A DNA stretch of 64,000 nucleotides, taken from NCBI GenBank assembly GCA_965214705.1, contig CBDCCI010000002.1, positions 2,656,001 through 2,720,000 of the forward strand. Direction: 5' to 3'. Source of the stretch: Alphaproteobacteria bacterium (GTDB lineage: Bacteria; Pseudomonadota; Alphaproteobacteria; UBA828). Of the stretch, positions 10,124 through 18,270 are shown in pieces. Below the pieces are notes generated by a model that had not been told where the DNA came from, did not search any database, and saw nothing but the letters and a program-made list of their open reading frames with translations. Every line of letters starts with the position of its first letter. Position 1 is the stretch's first letter. A program made the position numbers and the translations under genes.

Positions 10124-11781
10124 TCCTGGGTCCCCTCCAGCGGCGCATGGGCTTCGCCCACGCCGAGAATGAACTCGGCCGCCTTCTCGCCGATCATGAT
10201 GGCGGGCGCGTTGGTGTTGCCGCTGACGATGACCGGCATGACCGAGGCGTCGGCGACCCTGAGCCCGGCGATACCGTGGACGGCGAGTCGGGCGTCCACC
10301 ACGGCCATCGGGTCCCCTCCCATGCGGCAGGTGCCGACGGGATGAAAGGTCGTCATGGCGTTGGCCCGGAGCCACGCGGTGAGGTCGGTATCGCTCTGCA
10401 CCGCCGCGCCAGGCGCAAGCTCGGGGCCGCGGTAGGCGTCGAAGGCCGGCTGTGCGATCACATCACGAACCATGCGGATGCCCGCGATCGTCGTGCGGCA
10501 GTCGGCCTCGCTTTGCAGATAGTTGGGCTGAATCAGCGGCGCGTCGGCGGGATTGGCGGAGCGCAGGCCGATCCAGCCCCGGCTCTCAGGATTGAGCGGT
10601 CCCACGCGCAGGCTGAAGCCGTGGGAATCCTCCAGCGGTGCCTTCCGGAACGGATTGGGGACGTGCAGGTTCGCCGCGCTTTCCAGCGCCGGCATGAAGT
10701 GCACCTGGATGTCCGGCGCCACCTTCTCCGCCCGGCTCTTGAGGAAAGCGCCGGCTTCGTATGGGAAGGTGGTCGCGACGCCGCGGCCGAACAGCATCCC
10801 CTCCGCCACCGAGCGGATGAGCCTGTCGGCGCGCAAGTCCCGGTAGAGGGTAATGGACTTGGTGCAGGCATAGGCGAGGACGCAATCGACGTGGTCCTGC
10901 AAGTTGCGTCCGACGCCGGGAAGTTCGTGCACCACCGAGATGCCGTGCCGCTTGAGCACGTCACCGGGCCCGATCCCCGAGAGCATGAGGAGCTGGGGCG
11001 AGTTGACGGTGCCGGCGCAAAGGATGACCTCACGCTCGGCGCGGATGGTCCGCGCACCGGCCTGCTGCGCGACCTCGATCCCGGTGGCGCGGGCTCCCTC
11101 CACGCTCACGCGGTGCACCAGGCTATTGGTTAGAATCGCCAGATTGCGCCGATGTCGGATCGGGTTGAGGAAGGCGGTGGAGGCTGAGCAGCGCCTGCCC
11201 CGCCTGATGGTGAAGTCGTATCGGCCGACGCCTTCTTGCTCGTCGGCCCCGTTGAAGTCGTCGTTGACGGGATGACCCGCTTGGCGGCCCGCCTCGACGA
11301 ATGCGTCGAAAAGCGGATTGACGCCGCGCGCGCGGCAGACCGTGAGCTCGCCTTCCGTCCCGTGGTAGGCCCCATCCCGCTCCAGGTGCCCTTCGGAGCG
11401 GCAGAAAGCCGGCAGGACCTCGTCGTAGGACCATCCTGGGAGACCCATTTGCGCCCAGCGATCGTAGTCGTGGCGATTGCCGCGCACGTAGATCATGCCG
11501 TTGATGGTGGACGAGCCGCCGAGCACCTTGCCGCGCGGCCAGTAGAGCGAGCGGCCCTCCAGGCTATGTACCGGCTCGGTGTGATAGCGCCAGTTGTAGA
11601 TGCCCGAGTGGAACAGCTTGCCCATCAGCATGGGCAGGCGAAACAGGGGGTTGCGGTCCTTCCCGCCGGCCTCGATCAGCAGCACCGAGCGGTCGGGATC
11701 TGCCGAGAGCCGGTTGGCGAGCACGCAACCGGCAGAGCCTGCGCCCACGACGATGTAGTCGTATGACCGATTGCGGGGCAT
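10120..11781 (-). CDS. GMC family FAD oxidoreductase (choline dehydrogenase-like)
   Basis: GAGSAG, PRGKVLGGSSTINGM, GRNLQDH, FHPVGTCRMG, GNTNAP. Confidence 0.93.
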   Translation of the reverse strand: MPRNRSYDYIVVGAGSAGCVLANRLSADPDRSVLLIEAGGKDRNPLFRLPMLMGKLFHSGIYNWRYHTEPVHSLEGRSLYWPRGKVLGGSSTINGMIYVRGNRHDYDRWAQMGLPGWSYDEVLPAFCRSEGHLERDGAYHGTEGELTVCRARGVNPLFDAFVEAGRQAGHPVNDDFNGADEQEGVGRYDFTIRRGRRCSASTAFLNPIRHRRNLAILTNSLVHRVSVEGARATGIEVAQQAGARTIRAEREVILCAGTVNSPQLLMLSGIGPGDVLKRHGISVVHELPGVGRNLQDHVDCVLAYACTKSITLYRDLRADRLIRSVAEGMLFGRGVATTFPYEAGAFLKSRAEKVAPDIQVHFMPALESAANLHVPNPFRKAPLEDSHGFSLRVGPLNPESRGWIGLRSANPADAPLIQPNYLQSEADCRTTIAGIRMVRDVIAQPAFDAYRGPELAPGAAVQSDTDLTAWLRANAMTTFHPVGTCRMGGDPMAVVDARLAVHGIAGLRVADASVMPVIVSGNTNAPAIMIGEKAAEFILGVGEAHAPLEGTQE

Positions 11782-11784
11782 CTG

Positions 11785-12630
11785 TTACCAGTCCACCGCA
11801 GCCGCGCCCATCGCCTTGAGACGCTGGTTGCAGAGCGTGAACGGATTCTCTTGCCCGAGGACCTCGTCGGCTGCCGCCGGATGCGGGCGGAGGATGAGGC
11901 GCTCGTCGCCTGCGTCGGACCCGTTTAGCCCCGCCGCGCTGAGCGTCTCCGCCGCCGCGTCGCCGAAGCCCAGGAAAACGACCGGCGTTCTTCTCCGCGC
12001 GAGATGGTCGAGCACCCGAGCCATCAACGGCCGCCAGAGCGGCAGATGCCCCCGCGCCTGATGCGGATCGCCCGCGCGCTGGAAGCGGGTCAGCGTGAGC
12101 GAGGCGTTGAGGAGCAGCGCGCCGGACCTCACCCAGCGATCGGCAAGGTCCGCAGGCTCTTCAAGCTCGACTGCGCCGTCCTCGATAGCCGCCAGTGTTG
12201 CCGGCCATTGCGCGAAGCTGCGGGCGTAATCCGCCTCCCCGGTCCGGGCGGCCACGATGAGCTGAACGACCGCACGCACGCTGGGGGAGAACATCTTGTC
12301 GAGCTCCCGCCAGCGAGCGACGTTGCCGGCTTCGAAGGCCCGTCCGGTGGCGAAGGCGGGGCAGGGATAGGGGTCCTGGCCCAGGATCACGCAGCGCACG
12401 TCCTCCGGCGCGACCCCGTCGAAGGCGCGGAACATGTGTGCGCCCGCCGGAGCACCCGGAAGGGTCCGGCCTCGCCGGGCGGGAAAGATCGGCTCCCAGG
12501 GTCCAAGCTCTAGCGTGGCGTCAACCTGCTCGAAGCCCAGCGCGACATCGGTGATGACGTCGCGCCAAGGGGACGCGATGTCTTCCTGCCAGCCCTCGAG
12601 CGTCTCCCGGAGCGCCGCCCTCAGTTGCAT
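11785..12630 (-). CDS. Family-1 uracil-DNA glycosylase-like protein (atypical)
   Basis: ILGQDPYP, GRAF, W..SGALLLNASLT, VFLGFG, HP, C-terminal NPF..CN..L...VDW; start at 12630 (GGAG upstream). Confidence 0.8.
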   Translation of the reverse strand: MQLRAALRETLEGWQEDIASPWRDVITDVALGFEQVDATLELGPWEPIFPARRGRTLPGAPAGAHMFRAFDGVAPEDVRCVILGQDPYPCPAFATGRAFEAGNVARWRELDKMFSPSVRAVVQLIVAARTGEADYARSFAQWPATLAAIEDGAVELEEPADLADRWVRSGALLLNASLTLTRFQRAGDPHQARGHLPLWRPLMARVLDHLARRRTPVVFLGFGDAAAETLSAAGLNGSDAGDERLILRPHPAAADEVLGQENPFTLCNQRLKAMGAAAVDW

Positions 12631-12670
12631 CGCTACCGGCTCCGCTCGCCTCGCCTGAATCGGAAAAACC

Positions 12671-12719
12671 TGACACATGTGTCATGTTTCACGATCCATC
12701 AACCTGACATGCGCGTCAA
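12671..12719. promoter_or_regulatory. Two RutR-like operator boxes (TGAC-N6-GTCA)
   Basis: TGACACATGTGTCA (12671-12684, perfect palindrome) and TGACATGCGCGTCAA (12705-12719); the E. coli RutR consensus is TTGACCAnnTGGTCAA. Confidence 0.7.
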
Positions 12720-12809
12720 GTATTTTGTGCCCCTCCAGCCTGAATGTGGGGCTAGACTGCGAGCGGCGCTGCCGATGGACCTCGTCGGCGAGCAGTGCAG
12801 GGGACGAAA

Positions 12810-13472
12810 ATGGCGAAGGCAGTGCGTGCGGGCGAACGGAAGGAAACGCCGGAGCTGCGTATCCGGGCCCGGAACGAGGAGAAAATCCTACGCGCCGCCG
12901 TCGGCCTCTTTGCCGACAAGAGCTTTCACGGCACCCATATCAAGGAAATCGCGAGGGTTTGCGGCCTGCCGAAGACGAATGTCTATTACTACTTCCCCAC
13001 CAAGGAGAGCATCTATACGGCGGTGATCGAGCGGCTGATCGAGGGCTGGGACCGCGCCTTCGAGCATATCGTGCCCGAGCGCGAACCACGCGAGGCCATC
13101 GCTGCCTATATTCGTGCAAAGCTCGAGTATTCCCGCCGCCACACCACCGAATCCCGCTTCTTTGCCAACGAGATTTTGCGCGGCGCACAGTTTCTGGAAC
13201 GGCGCCAGCGCCAGCATATCCGCGAGGTCACCGACCAGCGCGCCCACGTGGTGGAGGAATGGATCAGGCGGGGACACATGGCGCCGGTGGACCCGCGCCA
13301 CTTCTTCATCATGCTGTGGTCCGCGACCCAGTTCTACGCGGATTTCGGAATGCTGGCCGCCGACGTGCTCGGGCGGCGACGGCTCACGAGGACGGACTTC
13401 GACGCTGCGGCCGAGACCATGACCAAGGTCATCCTGGACGGATGCTGCGGCCCAGCCGCATCGTCGCAATGA
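12810..13472 (+). CDS. rutR: TetR family regulator, RutR-like
   Basis: IRARNEEKIL.AA..LFA...IA...GLPK.NVYYYF.TKE HTH; YIRAKL...SR.FANEIL.GA and VDP.HF...LW.ATQ.YADF of the RutR-type C-terminal domain. Confidence 0.8.
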   Translation: MAKAVRAGERKETPELRIRARNEEKILRAAVGLFADKSFHGTHIKEIARVCGLPKTNVYYYFPTKESIYTAVIERLIEGWDRAFEHIVPEREPREAIAAYIRAKLEYSRRHTTESRFFANEILRGAQFLERRQRQHIREVTDQRAHVVEEWIRRGHMAPVDPRHFFIMLWSATQFYADFGMLAADVLGRRRLTRTDFDAAAETMTKVILDGCCGPAASSQ

Positions 13473-13687
13473 GAGCAGCTCAGTTCCTCTCGCAGGAAGG
13501 CCTTGGCTGCCCGACGGTGACGGCGAAGCCTGCGCTGCCGGCGCAAACGCCTTCATGAATTAATCTGTTACCTCGTACTTCCTAGAATGCCGACCGGAAG
13601 CCGCGCAGTTGTTCGGGGGCTGGCTCCGCGAATGCGCGGCGGGCGCTGCCGCTCAAGCCCCGCCCGGGTCAAACGCCAATTGCACAC

Positions 13688-13716
13688 TGTCAATCGGCTT
13701 TCAATATTGACCCCCA
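13688..13716. mobile_element. Isolated IS21-like terminal repeat
   Basis: TGTCAATCGGCTTTCAATATTGACCCCC resembles alphaproteobacterial IS21 ends; no istA/istB follow. Confidence 0.45.
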
Positions 13717-13840
13717 GATTGGAGTCAATTTCCCACGATTAACAACAGTCAAGGAGCCAGATTGGATCCGGATTGCTCTCCCGGACGAAGGCGGCGAGGG
13801 GTTCATCTACGCGCCGCTGCTGGGCGAGCCGGAGGTAGCG

Positions 13841-14140
13841 GTGCTCAAGCCGTTCGGTCCGAACTGGTCAATCACCGAGAACCAGCCTTGCCAGGTGTGG
13901 AATCACAGCAACCGCGACTACGAGCCGTTCGCCAGGTCTGGCGGGTGCGTGGACGGCAAGGCCTCGGGCGAGGGCCAGTTGACCTACCGCGGTGGAGCGG
14001 GGTTCTGGTTTGGGACGACGGTTTCCGCTACGAAGGCGAACTTCGCGACGGTAGGCAGCACGGCCGAGGTACGTTTGTGAGGGCGAATGGCAATCGATAC
14101 GAGGGCGAGTGGCGCGACGGCCGGCCGCACGGGCAGCTAT
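13841..14140 (+). pseudogene. MORN-repeat protein fragment, frameshifted and truncated
   Basis: Frame A: CQVWN...SGGCVDGKASGEGQLTY; frame B: WDDGFRYEGELRDGRQHGRGTFVRANGNRYEGEWRDGRPHG; ends just before the IS4 element. Confidence 0.75.
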
Positions 14141-14160
14141 CGCCCCAGGGCGCAAGGAGG

Positions 14161-15518
14161 CATATGCGCTAACTTGTTTGCGGTTCTTCGATGAAGCGTT
14201 CCGCGGTTTGGGTCAGGCGCCGTCGGGACGGTTCGGAGAGGGATTTGGAGATCTGGTTCCATTGGTCGATCACCTCGGCGAGGGACAAATGGGGTTCGAT
14301 GGCTCGCACGCCCTGGTTGAGCATGAACCTGAAGTCACGCCAGGCGCTGTGCGGCCGGCAGCGCCTCCAGGCTGTATCCCCAGGGGGAAACCGTGCCGGC
14401 ATGACGGATCAGCTTTTCCACCAGCAGCGCCACCAGGAGTTTGCCGTAGAGCCACGCCTTGGCGCTCTCGTCGTCGTATTTGGGCAGATGCCCCAACTGC
14501 GCCAGAGACTTGAAGCGCTTGAAGACCAGTTCGACCTGCCAGCGGGTGCGATACCACTCCAGGACCTGCGCCGCGCTGAAGGCCGCTTCGGGAAAGGTCG
14601 TGAACACGATGACGTAGCGCGCGAACTCCAGGGTTCGCGGCCGAACCTGCTTGCCCTTGCGCCCGGCCTCCTTGCGCAGCTTGCGCTGCGCCAGCCTGAT
14701 GGCTTCCTGCGTCTTTCTGATCGCGCACACGCGCCCCGGCACCGCGATGCCGTCGCCGACCGCCAGCACGGGCCAGGATCGCACGCTGCCGACCCGCTTC
14801 AGCGTCGTGACGTGTGCAAGCAGGTCGAACGGCGCGCCGTCGCGCGTTCGAAGCGACAGCGACCCGGTGTTCACGCGCACGGTGACGTGACCCCCCGCAG
14901 ACACCACGTGGTGGAGGCCCGCAGCAGTCGAGTACGCCCGGTCGGCGAGCACAAAGTCGCCCTCGCCGACCGGGAACTGCGAGAACGCCTCGCCCGTGCC
15001 CCGTCCCTCGCTCGCCGTGAGCTTGAAGAAGTCGCACGCCAGCGACGGAAGGCGCACGCTGTAGTGCAGGCGCCACAGCGCCCCGGTCCGGCCCGGCTCC
15101 TTCACCGTCGTCGCGTCGAAGGCCCTGACCTGGAACCCGCCAGCGGCCGACATCGCCATCCCCTGTTCGCGAAACAGCGCGACGCACAACGCGTGAAGCC
15201 AATCCCCCGACTTCCTCAGCCGCTTCAACAAGGCCACGTCGGACAGATCGGCCAGGTTCGCCTTCCTCGCACGCACCACGGTCTCGCGCAGCGAGTGTCC
15301 GCAGGCCAGATGCAGCAACAGCGTGCGCAGCAGGGCATCGACCGACTTGTCCTTGCGCAGACCCTTCAAGGCCCCGGTCTCCCGTGCCAACTCCCGCCAG
15401 CCCTCGGGCAGAAACAACGACACCACTTCCCACTCCTCGTCCATCCGCCAAGCCTCCCCGCAGCGCGCACCAACCCACAATACGGAGTGCCGACATGACA
15501 AACAAGTTAGCGCTTATG
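14161..15518 (-). mobile_element. IS4-family insertion sequence (1358 bp)
   Basis: 20-bp terminal IRs CATATGCGCTAACTTGTTTG (14161-14180) / CAAACAAGTTAGCGCTTATG (15499-15518), 1 mismatch; no clear TSD. Confidence 0.85.
14335..15444 (-). CDS. IS4-family DDE transposase
   Basis: FDATT, LADRAY, YRTRWQVELVFKRFKS (YREK signature). Confidence 0.9.
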   Translation of the reverse strand: MDEEWEVVSLFLPEGWRELARETGALKGLRKDKSVDALLRTLLLHLACGHSLRETVVRARKANLADLSDVALLKRLRKSGDWLHALCVALFREQGMAMSAAGGFQVRAFDATTVKEPGRTGALWRLHYSVRLPSLACDFFKLTASEGRGTGEAFSQFPVGEGDFVLADRAYSTAAGLHHVVSAGGHVTVRVNTGSLSLRTRDGAPFDLLAHVTTLKRVGSVRSWPVLAVGDGIAVPGRVCAIRKTQEAIRLAQRKLRKEAGRKGKQVRPRTLEFARYVIVFTTFPEAAFSAAQVLEWYRTRWQVELVFKRFKSLAQLGHLPKYDDESAKAWLYGKLLVALLVEKLIRHAGTVSPWGYSLEALPAAQRLA

Positions 15519-15543
15519 GGGACAGGGGGAGGTAGGCATCTTT

Positions 15544-16221
15544 TCAGGCCGTGTCGAGGCCCGCCTGCCAGAACGCGGCCTCCAGCCGGGTCGCGGTGCG
15601 GAAGGTCTCGGCAAGCTGCGCGAAGCGTCCGGCGCCGCCGCGTCGCGCTGCAAGCGCATCCAGTGCCTCGATCTCGGCACACATGAACGCCTGGTACTGA
15701 TCGCCAGCATACATTTCGATCCAGGGGCCGTAGGGATTGCCCGCGCCATGCGCCCCAGGCTCGGCCGCAAGGCGGGCGCCGATCTCGCCGTAGCCGATGA
15801 CGCAGGGCGCCAGCGCCACGCGCAGGTCGAGCAGGTCGCCCGCCAGCCCGCGCTCCAGCACGTAAGCCGTATAGGCGAGGGTCGCACCATCGGCCTCGAC
15901 CGCTTCCAGGTCGGCCTCCACGATCCCCCAGTCGGCGCAGTAGGCCCGGTGCAGGTCCATCTCCACCTCGACCAGCGCCTTGAGGCCGTCGGACGCCGCG
16001 CGGATCTCGGCCAGCGTGTCCGCCTTGTATGCGGCGAGCCCATAGGCGCGGGCGAACTGGATCAGGAACAGGTAATCCTGGACCAGGTAGTGGCGGAACG
16101 CGGCCTCCGGCAGGGTGCCGTCGCTGAGGCCCTGCACGAAGGGATGCTCGACATACGCCTGCCAGTCGTCCCCGGCGGCCTCGCGCAGAGCAGCGAAGAA
16201 GCCCGTCTCCGCCTCCGTCAT
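15544..16221 (-). CDS. tenA: Thiaminase II / TenA family
   Basis: HPFV..L.DGTLP...F.HYL.QDYLFL, LAPCVIGY (catalytic Cys), NPY..WI..Y, E..FW. Confidence 0.9.
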   Translation of the reverse strand: MTEAETGFFAALREAAGDDWQAYVEHPFVQGLSDGTLPEAAFRHYLVQDYLFLIQFARAYGLAAYKADTLAEIRAASDGLKALVEVEMDLHRAYCADWGIVEADLEAVEADGATLAYTAYVLERGLAGDLLDLRVALAPCVIGYGEIGARLAAEPGAHGAGNPYGPWIEMYAGDQYQAFMCAEIEALDALAARRGGAGRFAQLAETFRTATRLEAAFWQAGLDTA

Positions 16222-16270
16222 CGTCGAACGTCCCGCCTGGCCTGCGTGGGATGGGGCGCCGGGCACTCCA

Positions 16271-16597
16271 TCACATCATGTTGCTGGTTTCTGCCGGCAG
16301 CGTTACCACCAGCCCGTCCAGCGCCTCGGTGATGACGATCTGGCAGCCGAGGCGCGACGTGCGTGTGAGGCCCAGCGCGAGGTCGAGCATGTCCTCCTCG
16401 TCCTCGCACTTCTCATCGAGCTTGCCGTACCAGGCAGGGTCGACGATGACGTGGCAGGTCGAGCAGGCCATGGCGCCCTCGCACGCGCCCTCGATGTCGA
16501 TGCCGTGGCGGAACGCGATATCCAGCACGGAGTCGCCAATGGGCGCCTCGACCTCGTGGCGCGTGCCGTCGGGGTCGATGAAGGTCATGGTGGGCAC
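16271..16597 (-). CDS. fdx: 2Fe-2S ferredoxin, ISC/adrenodoxin type
   Basis: EGACEGAMACSTCHV...EEDMLDLA...SRLGCQ; GTG start MPTMTFID. Confidence 0.92.
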   Translation of the reverse strand: MPTMTFIDPDGTRHEVEAPIGDSVLDIAFRHGIDIEGACEGAMACSTCHVIVDPAWYGKLDEKCEDEEDMLDLALGLTRTSRLGCQIVITEALDGLVVTLPAETSNMM

Positions 16598-16611
16598 GGG
16601 TCGGGCGCGGC

Positions 16612-17766
16612 CTATCCTGCGGCGGCCGAGACGCCGGCCTTCCAGCGGTTGGTGAGGCCCGCATAGAGCGCCCGCCAGGCGCCCAGGAAGCGCTCGACCT
16701 CGTCCTCGGTCGTGGCCCACCCCAGGCTGACCCGGATGGCACAGCCGCCCACCGCGTCCGGCGCACCGAGCGCGCGCAGCACATGACTGGGCTCCACCTT
16801 GCCCGAGGAGCAGGCGGAGCCAGCGCTCACCGCGACGCCCGCGAGATCGAGGCCCATGACCTGCGTTTCGCTCTGCACGCCCGGCATGGTGAGGCAGCTG
16901 GTGTTGGGCAGGCGCGACGCTCCTTCGCTGAAGATGACGACATCGGGCTCGGTCTCGCGCAGCCGCGCCTCCAGCCGGTCGCGCAGGGCTGCGATCTCGC
17001 CTGCCCGCGCGAGGTCGTCACGGGCAAGGGCGGCTGCCGCGCCGAAGCCGACGATTCCGGCGGCGTTCTCGGTGCCGCCGCGCAGACCCCGCTCCTGCCC
17101 GCCGCCGGTGACGAGCGGCGCGATGTCTAGGCCTGAGCGCACGATCAGCGCGCCGATCCCCTTGGGGCCGGCGAACTTGTGGGCGGCGATGCTCATCATG
17201 TCCACGCCAAGCCCGGCGAAGGAGACCGGAATCCGGCCCGGCGCCTGCACCGCATCGCAATGCACCAGCGCGCCCGCCACCTTGGCTCGTGACGCGATCT
17301 CGGCCACTGGCTGGATCACGCCGGTCTCGTTGTTCGCCAGCATGACCGAGACCAGCGCCTCCGGCCCGTGCGCCGCCAGCGCGCCGTCGAGTGCTGCCAT
17401 GTCCAGCACGCCGTCGCCATCCACCGGGAGCACGACGAGGTCGTCCGCCACCGCCTCGGCCGTGCGCAGGATCGCCGGATGCTCGATGGCGCTGACGATC
17501 AGCGCCCGTCGGCCGGCGCCGCGCAGCGCGGTGTTGTTGGCCTCGGTGCCGCCTGCGGTGAAGACCAGCTCCGCCGGGGTGCAGTCGACCAGCGCCGCGA
17601 TCTGCTCGCGCGCGTCCTCGATGCGCTTGCGCACGTCGCGGCCGAAGCCGTGCACCGACGACGGGTTGCCGGCCAGCATCATCGCCTCGGCCACCGCCTC
17701 CACCACCTGCGGTTTGATCGGCGCCGTGGCGTTGTAGTCGAGATAGATCGGGCCCGAACTGCTCAT
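16612..17766 (-). CDS. iscS: Cysteine desulfurase (IscS/NifS family)
   Basis: YLDYNATAP, ANNETG, HCDAVQ, AHKFAGPKG, SAGSACSSG. Confidence 0.9.
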   Translation of the reverse strand: MSSSGPIYLDYNATAPIKPQVVEAVAEAMMLAGNPSSVHGFGRDVRKRIEDAREQIAALVDCTPAELVFTAGGTEANNTALRGAGRRALIVSAIEHPAILRTAEAVADDLVVLPVDGDGVLDMAALDGALAAHGPEALVSVMLANNETGVIQPVAEIASRAKVAGALVHCDAVQAPGRIPVSFAGLGVDMMSIAAHKFAGPKGIGALIVRSGLDIAPLVTGGGQERGLRGGTENAAGIVGFGAAAALARDDLARAGEIAALRDRLEARLRETEPDVVIFSEGASRLPNTSCLTMPGVQSETQVMGLDLAGVAVSAGSACSSGKVEPSHVLRALGAPDAVGGCAIRVSLGWATTEDEVERFLGAWRALYAGLTNRWKAGVSAAAG

Positions 17767-18248
17767 TCCGCCGCCTGCTCCACGAGCCCGCGCCCGTGGC
17801 TCGAGAGCCGGTGGCTCATGCCGAGCACCCGGCGCGCACAGACGTCTTCGAGAGAGACCGCGCTGAGAAAGCCGTGAATGTGGAGACCCAGCTCGTCCCA
17901 CAGATCGTGGGTGACGCAGCGCTTCGCGTCTTTCATGCAGCCCTGCCCCGTGTTCGGCGGGCAGCGCGTGGCGCGCAGGTTCTCGTCCACCGCGACGACG
18001 ATGTCCACGATCCGGAGCTCCGCCGCGGGCCGCGCGAGCCGGTAGCCGCCGCCCGGCCCGCGTGCGCTCCGCACCAGGCCCGCGCGGCGCAGGCGGCCGA
18101 ATAGCTGCTCCAGATAGGACTGGGAGATTTCCTGTCGCGCGGCAATCTCGGCGAGCGTCACGGGCTTGGCCTCGCTCGCGCCGCCCGAGCGCATCGCCAG
18201 CTCCACCATCGCCATCACCGCGTAGCGGCCCTTGGTGCCGAGCTTCAC
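17763..18248 (-). CDS. iscR: Rrf2 family Fe-S cluster regulator IscR
   Basis: KLGTKGRYAV, SYLEQLF..LR..GLV.S.RGPGGGY, three Cys plus His (RC......GC......C.THDLW). Confidence 0.9.
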   Translation of the reverse strand: MKLGTKGRYAVMAMVELAMRSGGASEAKPVTLAEIAARQEISQSYLEQLFGRLRRAGLVRSARGPGGGYRLARPAAELRIVDIVVAVDENLRATRCPPNTGQGCMKDAKRCVTHDLWDELGLHIHGFLSAVSLEDVCARRVLGMSHRLSSHGRGLVEQAAE

Positions 18249-18270
18249 GCCCCGCCTCCTCGCGCTGCGT

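Noticed and set aside
10120-11781. Assigning gene symbol betA
   Set aside because: GMC motifs are family-wide, and the context has no betB/betI or choline transport
12631-12678. Longer N-terminus of the UNG-like ORF
   Set aside because: The upstream ATG lies inside the palindromic operator and lacks an RBS; 12630 preferred
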